64,000 nt of DNA from Podarcis cretensis. Taxonomy: Eukaryota. Position 1 is the first letter of the stretch. Each line of letters starts with the position of its first letter. Below, one piece after another: positions 52,601 through 64,000 of this stretch. Under the pieces are notes generated by a model. It made no database searches and had not been told where the DNA came from. It saw nothing but the letters and a program-made list of their open reading frames with translations. The stretch covers positions 20,522,001-20,586,000 of the forward strand of contig OX638150.1 in the NCBI GenBank assembly GCA_951804945.1, given 5' to 3'. A program made the translations under genes and the position numbers.

Positions 52601-52735
52601 TTACTGTCTCCACGCAATAAGTTTGATTCATCAAACAATAATTTCAATTATATCAAATTGGGTTTTCCTGTAGCTGAGCAGTGCTTTGAAAAGTTGGAAC
52701 AAAAGCATCGACTCCTAAGATTTTACAAGAAATAA

Positions 52736-52984
<249 letters not shown>

Positions 52985-54071
52985 TCTGGAAGAAAAGCAC
53001 GTTTCTCGCAGGGGAGGGGCCTACCAAAAGGGAAAGAGAAAGAAACTTTTATGTACATTCTAAATCCGCTAGAAATATTTATATATGCAAGTTACTTTAT
53101 TACTTGTAATTCATGGATAAGATTATTTTAAATGATAGCTCTAAACTTGCAGTATTGCGATGGTTGTGAAAGATGTTTTTGCATTACAGTGGCTAACAGA
53201 AAACGGCTACATTTGTTAAGGCCCAAAGGGAATTATTGTAAATATAACTTGTATATATTAAGGCAGCGAGCCGTAATGTCCCCCAAAGTTATTATAATTG
53301 GCATTAATAGATGTTTCAAATGGAGTGAGTGAGAGTGTAATTAGAATTTGTTTTAAGCAATGTAGGTTCAAGTCCAGGATCACCATTCATTTATTTATTT
53401 CACAGGTGTATGACGTTCTATCTTTGGGCTCACAGTGCTTGGGGGAGAGTTGAGTTCTCTCCTCTTTCAGTAGCTGAACTGCTCCTTTACCCACAGATCT
53501 TATTTCACAAGTGTTTCATTCCCACTGCAGCTTTTATTGGACTTGGATTAATTATTTTTACATCCTAGGTTAAGCAGCAAAATGTGCCGCAGGTCAAGAA
53601 TGGGGGGGTGGGGGTGGGAGAGAAGGAGAGCTGTGCATTCCCTCCGACAGAAGAGCAGCAAGCATCATCCGTGTGTTTGTCAGAATCTTGACTCTTGTGT
53701 GCCATTCCGCAACTCTCTCGTTTCCCACTCTGTTGTGTTTTGCACACTTTTCAAAGGGGGGGGGGGCGGTGGCAATCAATTTGTATATTACAACTGTTTA
53801 TAATTCCAAAGTGTTTTGTTTCATCCTCACTTCCGCAAGCCATTCTCCCAAAAGCTGGGCGTATGGGGTAGAGCCGAAATATTACACAGTGCTTTACTCT
53901 CTACTTGGTAGATTAGTTGCATGGTTTGCACTGCGTCCTATACTTCGCTGGAATTACCTGTAGGTGGCATTTTTGAACAAAAAAGAAGGTCAGGAAACCT
54001 CATAAGCGGAAATTCCTCACTGTCGAACCTATTTCCCCCCCCCCCCCATCACTGGCCTTTTCAAGTATTTC

Positions 54072-54077
54072 AATAAA
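54072..54077 (+). terminator. Polyadenylation signal (proximal candidate)
   Basis: AATAAA followed by GU-rich CTGTGCTGTGTTTT. Confidence 0.65.
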
Positions 54078-54195
54078 TAACTCTACTGTGCTGTGTTTTG
54101 AACACTCATTCTTGTACTTTTCTAAGCGGTATTGATTCAGTGTGCACAGCAATGATCACGGTTCCCCGGCACTATAGCACAATCCAAAGGCTTAA

Positions 54196-54201
54196 AATAA
54201 A
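54196..54201 (+). terminator. Polyadenylation signal (distal candidate)
   Basis: AATAAA. Confidence 0.45.
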
Positions 54202-55701
54202 TGTTTAAACCTGTCTAAGAAATGCTGAACTCTCGCTTAGTTCAAATCTCTGCTCAGTCACAACTCTCGCTGGTTGATGTTGGGTAATCATCTCCTAGGG
54301 CTGTTAACATAAAAATGGGGAAAATTCAAGAGGGCCCAGGAGGAGGAGCAGAACTGCTTGTAGGCCTAGAATAGTTAGCAGCAGTAGTGCTCAGTGGGTA
54401 GATATCAGTCCCTGGCATTGCCAGGTAGGGCTCCACCTGGAAAGCTACTGCCAGGCAGTACTGAGCTAGGCAGACCAATGATCTGACTCTGTAAAAGGCA
54501 ACTTTCTGTGTTCCTGTTCATGCATTACACAGTTTCCACTGGGAAATTTCCCATGAACAATAGAGGAGTTTTGGCCATACTGTGCAAACTGAGAAGAACG
54601 CAGTTCTAGCAGCGCAGTGACTGGCCTGGGCTTTCAGGCATTAGAAACCCCCAGAATGCTTGCTAGGCACACATGAGAACTGGAAGACCCTTGTGAATAA
54701 CTTTCGGCCTTTTATCTGTTTAACCCCCTCCCCATTTCATGTGGCTGTAGTTCCATTTCAAAAGATGTAAATGGACAACTTGCAGCTAATGTTTCAGGCA
54801 GCTGGCTCCTTGAAAAGGTGGGCACCACTGCCATTACCTTAGTTCAGAGTGTTCGAAAAGGTGGCTTTGGGGACTCCTTTTAGCTTCCATTTTGTTCACA
54901 GTGAACAGCATGGTTTCAGAAAGCCAATTAAGCACTACTTTGCTCCTATAGTTTAGGTTGGATTGTGTCTTCCCACATATCAGCGGTTAGGAATGCCATG
55001 AGATTTTGAGGTTGATACTCAGAAAACATCGTTTAAGACTTAGCTCGGATTTCTAAACCATTACCATAATTACCAGGAAGCTGCTGCTTGTAGCACTGCT
55101 CTTTGGAGAACTTGGTTTTGTAAAACGTGGGAGTTCCCCTTTCATGTCTTTTCATTATGGGTACAAATGGATCTGTAGAATTTCCACAGAATTGTTGAAG
55201 CTGGCTTATAAGAGGAAACTTGGTTGCCAGGAAGGAAGAAAAAGCACTAGACATTAGCAATGAGAATTCTAGCTGTACATCCTAATTGCAGATTGCTGAG
55301 TATTGGACAACTTGAACATGAGGGTATATATATATATCCCCTACTGTAATACTGTGCTTGTATGACTAGTGGCTGCTATCATGGGAATGGAATCATTCTT
55401 GTGCATGAAGGAATGGGAAGTACGGTAGCTGATTTCTGCATAAATGCAAATGCTTTTGCAAGGAGCGAAGTGAATTCTGCTTGTGGAAGGCAGAATGATA
55501 AGTAGGTTCATGCCATGAGGTGTGGGGAACATGGTGCAAGAGGAATTAATACAATTCTGTTCCCACAGTGAGACACACAAATGTCCTTTGCAGCGAGTGC
55601 CTTATTCTGGTTCCAACCCAAGCATGGTCTGCCCTGAAAAGTAGAGGTCCTTCCTAGGCCTACTGCAGCTGCTGGGAAATTAATTTAAAATAGGGTTTCA
55701 G

Positions 55702-56048
55702 TGCGCTGTGGGTAAAACCTCAGCGCCTAGGACTTGCCGACCGCATGGTCAGCAGTTCGAATCCCCGCAGCGGGGTGCGCTCCCGTCGTTCGGTCCCAGC
55801 GCCTGCCAACCTAGCAGTTCGAAAGCACCCTTAAGTGCAAGTAGATAAATAGGGACTGCTTACCAGCGGGAAGGTAAACGGCGTTCCGTGTGCTGCGCTG
55901 GCTCACAAGATGCAGCTTGTCACACTGGCCACGTGACCCGGAAGTGTCTGCGGACAGCGCTGGCTCCCGGCCTCTAGAGTGAGATGAGCGCACAACCCTA
56001 GAGTCTGTCAAGACTGGCCCGTACGGGCAGGGGTACCTTTACCTTTAC
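55702..56048 (+). mobile_element. Sauria SINE (subfamily A)
   Basis: Very similar to the 6196 copy; 5' end slightly clipped. Confidence 0.9.
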
Positions 56049-56308
56049 TTATTAATAAAATCATCAGCTGAAAATCTCAAACTCTGTTAAGATCTGGGGC
56101 CTAACTGGGCCTTGCCTCCATGTCGATTCCCATGCCAAACCTGTTACATTTATCTTGTGGGGAACTCACTAATCTTGTACAGGAAGCTTCCTTACTACCT
56201 CAGTTGCTGTGTTATAAAATAATTTCCCATGCAGTTTCAAGTACCATGAGAATAGTTACATTTGATTATGGGGTGGGGGGAGTAACACCCAGTAAGATAT
56301 CTATGATA

Positions 56309-56512
56309 CAGTCATACCTTGGAAATCAAATGGAATCTGTTCTGGAAGTCTGTTCGACTTGCAAAATGTTCAAAAACCAATGCGCAGCTTCTGATTGGCT
56401 GCAGAAAGCTCCCAAAAAAAGTTCAAAAACCGGAACGCTCACTTCCAGGTTTTGATTGTTCGGGAGCCGAAACGTTTGAGAACTAGGCTGTTCAACTTCC
56501 AAGGTATGACTG
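56309..56512. mobile_element. Tc1/mariner MITE (CAGTCATACCTTGGAA family)
   Basis: Perfect terminal CAGTCATACCTTGGAA inverted repeat, TA TSD. Confidence 0.85.
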
Positions 56513-58398
56513 TATAAATAAGTGCAAAAGTACAAGCTGAATGTGAGTGGCCTTGCTACATCTGTTTTTAGTCAACATGGGAAAATGCCATGTACCCATC
56601 TGGATAGATGTGTTTCCCCATTAGGTTTTCTACTTTAAAAAAACCCCACCAACCGTTTTTCTTGCTTCTCTGCTTAAAACATTTGCTGCAATTTTGTACG
56701 CTTGGTGCTGGCTGACTTTGCTTTCAACAAGAATCGAGATAGGATGCAGATTGCCATGGCAATGTGTGAAAATAGCTTTTCACATCACCCAGTTGCTATA
56801 TCTGGTTTTTGGCAGATGGGAGTGCAGTAGCTGATTGGTGCTTGAGAAAGACTGTGTGAAGGAGCCAGCCGAAAGACAGTACGTAGCAAGCAGAACATGC
56901 AGGTCTACCCGTTAGGTGGAACAGACTTCCAAATATAGGTTCATGTTGCTTCGGGAGCTCTGTAAACATTTCCCCTAATTGGTATCGTATTTGGGCTTTA
57001 AGGACCATGCCACAGCCTGTTAGAGTAGCAAGATGAAGTATAGATTACTTGCAATTAAACAAGAATACGAATAGAACTGGCTCTTAGGGATGTGGGATGT
57101 AAGTTACTGTAGTGTGAAACCTGGCTCTTGGTACCATTTTCATTTCACACTGGCAATGCAACCTCCTTCCATCTTGCACTTTCTCCTCTCCACCTTATAC
57201 CAGCTACCTAGAGAAAGCTGGCAGAGTGCCATGTGCTGTGCCCCCCCCCCCCCGGCTGATCTGGCATGACAAGTTTCTCAGAAAGAGACATGGTTGCAAT
57301 GATAGCAAATCACCACAAGCCCACATGATGCTCTGTCGTTTTGCTTTGAAACCACCTGCACCGTTTCTGCTTCAGGTGTTGAAACTGAGAATAAACATCC
57401 CTGTTGGAGTTTCACCTAAGGAGAGAGGCCACTTAATGCTTTAGCGGTCCAGATTTAATGCCGGATATGGATAGGGTTTTGAAAGTTGACTAGGAGCTAC
57501 TATGCATGGCCCTCCATTGGGTGGTCCTTGATGATTTCAGCTGCTGCAGAACACCACGGCCTGCCTTTTCTGCTGCTTGCATTGGTTCCTTGTTTTCTAC
57601 ACACAACAATAGGTACCGTTTTTGACCTACCTTGTTCTTGATGACTCGGCCCTTGATGGTCTTGGATAACAAGTCTTCTATCAACGTGACCTTGACTCTT
57701 TGTTGAGACTTCTCTTCACCCATCAACTTCAGAAGCAAAATGCACTCTTGGCAGACAGCTATCCCAAATCCCATTTTCTCAGAGGACCACCCAAATGGCC
57801 TTTTGTTGTTCTTGGTTTGGGTATTCCATAGCCAGGATTAATTAAGCAGCTTCTTGCAGTTTTCTGCATTTCACAAACCTGGTCCAATTTCTCTTACCAC
57901 AGAATGCCTCTAATGCAGAGATAGCCCACATTGCTGCTCCCCAGATGTTAAAAGTACATCTCCCATCTTTCCTTGCCATTGGGTGTGCTGATTGAGACTG
58001 AGGGGGGTCCACTGACTTGGAGGGCACCACCTTGCCTACTGCTGCTCTTGGGTATGCTTTGTCTGCAGCTACCAGGAGACAAGGTGAAAAGGTGTGGGTT
58101 TTTTTTGTCCTGTGACACGTGAGTAAGTTTCTCTTGGCAGGCAACAGAGCAGGGACAGCCTATAAGTATATAGACTTTTGGTCAAACCTTGAGAATTTCC
58201 CATCATTCAAGCCTGCTCAACCTCAATTACAGGTAAGCAACTGATTAATCATAATCATCATCATAATCATAATAATTATTATTATTTGAATTGATATACT
58301 GCCCTATGCCCGAAGATCTACAAAATTTACAAAACATGCAGTACATATAAAGCTTGCGGTGGATTTTTAAAAAATTAGCTTATGTAGTAGTGCCTGGT

Positions 58399-58413
58399 TG
58401 CCACCTGGTGGCA
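58399..58413. promoter_or_regulatory. Palindromic CTCF-like motif
   Basis: TGCCACCTGGTGGCA; the minus strand reads CCACCAGGTGGCA, matching the CCASYAGRKGGC consensus. Confidence 0.55.
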
Positions 58414-59314
58414 GTGTGGCTTCGAAATATCTATGCTTTTCAGCTTCTGCCTTGGTCCTATTGGTTTGCGTAAGAAACCTGGTTTAATTGCACATTCTTT
58501 TCTCCCTCTGATATCTTCTGCTAATTATGCATTTGCTTTATTTTTTAAAAACTTCCATAGCAAGTCTTACGGCACAGGAAGGTGAACTTTGGTCATCATG
58601 GTTATTTCTTTATTTATTTGTTCCTGTTATTGCTTCGTTAGCCAGAAATGGGACTCTTGACACACACACAATGCCTCCAGCTACAGTGGAAAAACTCTTT
58701 TCCCCAGAACACAGTGGCATCAGATCTATTTTTAGCATTTTTCCTGTGCTCTAAACCCCAAAGGTTTTCCCCCTTGGGGCAGAAGAGGCGCTGCAGAATT
58801 CCATCACAGAGTTAAAAATTACTTTTAAGATCACCCAATACCATTCTTTCCTGCCACTTTGCTTTTGTTAGAATGAGGGTGGGAAACTTGTGGCCTCGCC
58901 TGATGTCGGACTCCATTCAACCCCAGCCAGAATGATCAAGGATGCCAGGAGCTGGTTAGAGCATGGTGCTGATAACACCAGACTTGCAGGTTTGACCCCT
59001 GTATGGGACAGCTGTGTATTTCTGCATTGCAGGGGGGTTGGACTACATGATCCTCAGGATCCCTTCCAATTCTATGATTTGTATGGAAATGAGTTGCACT
59101 TTTTCTTTGACAACGCATGGAGGGCCTGCAGGTCCCTCTTCCTTGAATAAGGGACACCATCTAATCCACTTTATGGATGCAGGTGTGCTGCTGAAGGAGG
59201 GAAACACATTATCAGAAGTGAGCCAAGCAGCCTGTGTTCAAACTCTGCCTTTGAATCCCAATATTGACTATAGCAGGATCATGCCTCCTCTTTTGTATTA
59301 TTAGATTTAGAATA

Positions 59315-59679
59315 GTAAAGGTAAAGGGACCCCTGACCATTAGGTCCAGTCATGACCGACTTTGGGGTTGTGGCACTCATCTCGCTTTACTGGCCGAGGG
59401 AGCCGACATTTGTCCGCAGACAGTTTTTCCAGGTCATGTGGCCAGCATGACTAAGCCGCTTCTGGTGAACCAGAGCAGCACACAGAAATGCCATTTACCT
59501 TCCCGCCGGAGCGGTACCTATTTATCTACTTGCACTTTGACATGCTTTCGAACTGCTAGGGTGGCAGGAGCAGGGACCGAGCAACGGGAGCTCACCCCGT
59601 CGCGGGAATTCGAACCGCCAACCTTCTGATTGGCAAGTCCTAGGCTCTGTGGTTTAACCCACAGCGCCAGTCGCGTCCC
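59315..59679 (-). mobile_element. Sauria SINE (subfamily B)
   Basis: TSD TAGATTT(A/G)GAATA. Confidence 0.92.
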
Positions 59680-60476
59680 TAGATTTGGAATAAACCTGGT
59701 TTATTACTGAGGAAAAATTAGAAACTCCCTTGAATCATTTTGGGAAAGATAAGATACGGCGTGCAGTGGTTTCTCTGCTAGCTGCTAATATGCGCTCTGA
59801 TCTGCCTCCAGATTGAATCAGTATTTTTCTTAAAAACCAACTTCCTCTTGATTCCTGGACCGACGTCCACTTTAATAAATGTTCTGTTCTAACGGAACAA
59901 CTGTAAACTCAGCAACATCCATTGCAGTTTCCACTTCTTTCCTGATTTACAGCCCATTCTGTAATGTACATTGCTTAGGATGGTGTGGGGAGTCTTTTGA
60001 AGAAAAGAAAAGGGGGGGAAAGCCTGCTTTATCAATCCTTGTGTCTCTCACATGCTCATGCAAATTCCACCAACCAATAAGACGGAGCTGTATTAAAGCA
60101 ATGTCACACTGCATTGGATTATTATTTTTTAAAGTGCTCTGCTGCATCAGTTTTGTTCCAGTTCTCTGCAGTTGCTATTTCAATTAATGAGGCTACTCCA
60201 AGGAAGGCGGGTGGGAAATTAATTTTGGAACTGAACTAAAGCCGAGGCTGGCAAAAGGAAGACGGTTCTCAATAACAAGTTGTCCTTAACCAAGGGGAAG
60301 AGGAGGCTGACATGCTCTGCAAAGGACTTGGTTTGCCCTCAGAGGAGCATGAGCTGTAAAAATAGTTACAGGTCTCACAAATCGTGCAGCTAGCTGTCTT
60401 AGTTCGTTTGGGGGGGGGGGGGGATCCAAGCAGCGACAGCAGCGTATTATATTTGGGTGCTTCCAGACTCTTGTTA

Positions 60477-60843
60477 GGGACGCAGGTGGCACTGTGAGTT
60501 AAACCACAGAGCCTAGGGCTTGCCGATCAGAAGGTCGGCAGTTCGAATCCCCGTGACAGGGTGAGCTCCCGTTGCTCGGTCCCTGCTCCTGCCAACCTAG
60601 CAGTTCGAAAGCACGTCAAAGTGCAAGTAGATAAATAGGTACCGCTCCGGCGGAAAGGTAAACAGCGTTTCTGTGCGCTGCTCTGGTTCACCAGAAGCGG
60701 CTTGGTCATGCTGGCCACATGACCTGGAAGCTGTCTGCGGACAAACGCCAGCTCCCTCAGCCAATAAAGCGAGATGAGCGCCGCAACCCCAGAGTCGGTC
60801 ACAACTGGACCTAATGGTCAGGGGTCCTTTTACCTTTACCTTT
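60477..60843 (+). mobile_element. Sauria SINE (subfamily B)
   Basis: TSD AGACTCTTGTTA. Confidence 0.92.
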
Positions 60844-62124
60844 AGACTCTTGTTAATTTCAAGTGGGATTCAATCACATGCTATCAAATTCAGGGCTGTA
60901 GGAGATGGGTCATGCGCAACAAACTCACTCCCCCCCCCCCAAGACTGCATTTTGCAAAATGGTGCAAAAATGGCAGTGGAAAGTTTTGGGTAACACTGCA
61001 AACCAATCGGGATGAATGCTCAATAACAGGTCATCTGGGGGAAATGCCTTTTATTAGGGCCAAACAGAATAGTCACAAAGTAGGGAGCAAGCTTTTTTTT
61101 GCAATCTCTTGGATGTTGTCTTCAGCCTGGATGTTAAAGTGACTTGAACAGCAAAAGGAAGGAAGAGCAAAATGCCTTGTTCGGCCTCCCAAAATGTCCC
61201 AAGTTCTTAAAAGTGGAATGGAGGAGAAGGAGGGATTTTGCAGATTTAGTGAGGTTAGACCATGCCTGCGGCAACAATCTTCAGTCCTGGCAAGGCATAC
61301 TGGGGCAGAGGAACAATAGTGACTTCCCTTTCGAACCAGAATGTGGTGTATCTAACATTTATGGATGTTGCATTTTTTAAGTGTTTCAGAGAATTTCCGC
61401 ACTCGGTCATCAAGGGGTTGGTGCGGAATATCTCTATTTACTAGGTAACACACACACTACTCACTTTTGGCTTCTATTGACTTTAAACGATGCAACATAA
61501 CTTTTAACCTAGCTTAAATAAGTATTAGAACATCAAACCAACCCTTCAAAAAATAAATAATAAATCCCACCGTATTTTATTGATCTTAATTGCATCAGTT
61601 TATTGCTCAGTCATTAACTGACCACCACTATATGTTCAAATAGGCACCACATAATTAACTACCTTTCATAATTGTGCTACATGCTTAGAACTGCTTAATC
61701 GTATATATGTTATTTGTTGTTTGATTACATTCACATTGTTTCTTTGCCCTCATTTAATGTTAACTTATCAATATGTCACTAGTAATTGTGAACGAACCTA
61801 TTGCATCTTGCACACACCATTTCTCAACAAATTTATTCTCCAGCTGCTTTCTTTATTTGTTAACTTAATATATTTCCCAGATTCTTATTAACCAGGCTAC
61901 TATTGTGGGAGCATCTAGCTTTTCTTCCATTTTTGGCAAATGGCCATTCAAGCATCTGTTAGCAGATTCATTGCCATATCTAGGTCTTCGGATACCATTC
62001 TTTTAAGATGTCCAAAACATGCAATTAAAGGACCTTTTGGTAGTTAACATCCAATGTTGCTGTTGTTGTTGTTGTTGTTGTTGTATCCAATGATTATATT
62101 ATTTTTATCGCTGTCAAGAGAAAA

Positions 62125-62622
62125 GCAATGACAAACCAGTATCTTAAAAAGCAGAGACATCACCTTGCCGACAAAAGTCCGTATAGTGAAAGATATGGTT
62201 TTCCCAGTAGTGATGTCTGGAAGTGAGAGCTGGACCATAAAGAAGGCTGATCGCCGAAGAATTGATGCTTTTGAATTATGGTGCTGGAGGAGACTCTTGA
62301 GAGTCCCATGGACTGCAAGAAAATCAAACCTATCCATTCTTAAGGAAATCAGCCCTGAGTGCTCACTGGAAGGACAGATCCAATACTTTGGCCACCTCAT
62401 GAGAAGAGAAGACTCCCTGGAAAAGACCCTGATGTTGGGAAAGATGGAGGGCACAAGGAGAAGGGACGACAGAGGACGAGATGGTTGGACAGTGTTCTTG
62501 AAGCTACCAGCATGAGTTTGACCAAACTGTGGGAGGCAGTGGAAGACAGGAGTGCCTGGTGTGCTCTGGTCCATGGGGTCATAAAGAGTCGGACATGACT
62601 AAACGACTGAACAATAACAACA
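62125..62622 (+). mobile_element. BovB (RTE clade) LINE 3' fragment
   Basis: TKVRIVK.MVFPVVM.G.ESWTIKKADRRRIDAFELWCWRRLLRVPWTA is the BovB ORF C-terminus; 3' UTR and (CAA)n tail present. Confidence 0.93.
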
Positions 62623-63484
62623 ATTTCTGTCAAGACTGCATCTCAGTATTCTACAATTTTTGGACCTATCCAAAGAATATGTAGTGCATGAATTGCCAAT
62701 GTGTAATCACTATGGCTTTTCCTGGTACCCACAGGGTTCCATCCATCACCCTGCCCTTCTTCCATACTCTGAAAGAAGTCTTCTTCACCCAATAGAAGCC
62801 GTTCCCCCTCAAATTCTCACAAGAGTAAAGTGTAAAGAGACTGGTTATTTCTGCCCCTGCTGCAAACTCACAGCAACCAGTGTCCAGAGAAACCTGGAGT
62901 GAGCACACAGACATGAATTTTTTTGGTGCTGATTTGTGGAGAAAGATAAACAAGATACATTGTGAATAGAAGGACCACATTTTGATCTTCCACATCCCAA
63001 GACATAGCATTTAAAGATGGATGGTCCCTGCCCCGCCACTTGTTTCACCTTCCTTCTCACGCTGTCATCGTTCCTCCCAGAATCTGACTTGACTGATGTT
63101 GCTAAGAGAAAAGTGTTTCCTTCCTCTGTCTCTGACAAACACGATGCACAATGCCACAGATCAAACACAGGGAACACTTAGGGTCTTATTTGAAAGGAGA
63201 AAATCTATCGCAGGCCAAATGCAGCCAATTTCTATAGCATTTGCCCTGCCTTGCACATAAACACACACCTCTCTCATCCAAAATGGTGGGCATTTGGCTG
63301 GGGAAATCTTTTTTTAAAAAAGAAGTAATTGTGAAATATTTTTAGTGTCTAGATCCTAGATTTGCAGGTGAGGAAAAAAATGTATTTGACCTTAAATAGC
63401 TGCGGCAGGCAAGGTCCAGATCTTGCTAGTTTCCAATTCCTACTAATCCTACATTTCTCTGACTAAAATAGGGGTGCCCTATTC

Positions 63485-63518
<34 letters not shown>

Positions 63519-63650
63519 GTATTATTTATACCCCGCCCATCTGACTGGGTTGCCCCAGCCACTCTGGGCAGCTTCCAACATATATAAAAACATAATAAAA
63601 CAACATTTTTAAAAAACCCTATACAGGGTTGCCTTCAGAAGTCTTCTAAA
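63485..63650 (-). mobile_element. L2-like 3' end with adjacent (AAT)n
   Basis: Reverse complement of the ~6105 family; second (AAT)n tract at 63735-63774. Confidence 0.7.
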
Positions 63651-63733
63651 GGTTGTGTAATTACTTATCTGCTTGGCTTTGGGGGGTCATATAACTCTAT
63701 ACCCTCCAACATTTCTCTGATGAAAATAGGGGA

Positions 63734-63775
<42 letters not shown>

Positions 63776-64000
63776 TTGTCTCTGGAAAATAGGGACACTT
63801 AGAAGGTCTGCCATCCCTCTCTTATGGGAAAGACGGCATTCATTGTGTGTAGTAATCTTCTCTTTAGATCTACCGAGAATGCTTTCTGGATTCTTCCATT
63901 GGTGGGCAAAGGCGGACCTTTGTGTTTTACATCACTAAATAAAAGGGTGTTTCTGCAGGTGCTATATGTCATATCACAGAGCTCCTACCAGATGTCAAGG

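Larger units (their letters stand above)
52985..54220 (+). other. RHOT1: RHOT1 3' UTR (approximate)
   Basis: AU-rich stretch without recognisable TEs, ending at two AATAAA signals. Confidence 0.65.

Noticed and set aside
61440-62050. Possible decayed L1 3' region on the minus strand
   Set aside because: Only a faint AICQKW-type motif and AT-rich sequence; too degraded to call
54300-64000. Exons of the expected downstream neighbour (RHBDL3 in mammals)
   Set aside because: No rhomboid-like peptide or second CpG island seen within the window

Overview
Vertebrate genomic DNA, almost certainly a squamate (lizard; the repeats look lacertid, which is inference). The window holds one complete plus-strand gene, RHOT1 (Miro1, mitochondrial Rho GTPase 1). 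It has a CpG-island promoter at ~2.1-2.9 kb and 19 constitutive coding exons (2707..52984). I spliced these by hand to 1857 nt = 618 aa: nGTPase, EF-hands, cGTPase, C-terminal TM anchor. A 123-nt Cys-rich cassette exon lies at 39414..39536 and the 3' UTR runs to ~54.1-54.2 kb. Introns and flanks carry many Sauria SINEs, Tc1/mariner and hAT MITEs, tRNA-Lys SINEs and BovB, L1 and L2-like fragments. The most interesting part is the 17.7-kb interval before the TM-anchor exon. It appears to hide further phase-compatible exons not visible in the ORF track: a 144-nt in-frame acidic cassette (49344..49487), an alternative hydrophobic tail ending in CASL (43723..43789), and a TM-less ending (50293..50341). 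Together these would be a splicing switchboard for Miro1's membrane anchor. There is also an in-frame ATG-TGA start-stop element in the 5' leader. These candidates rest on sequence only and need RNA-seq or alignment confirmation. Nearly all ORF-track entries are spurious or repeat-derived.
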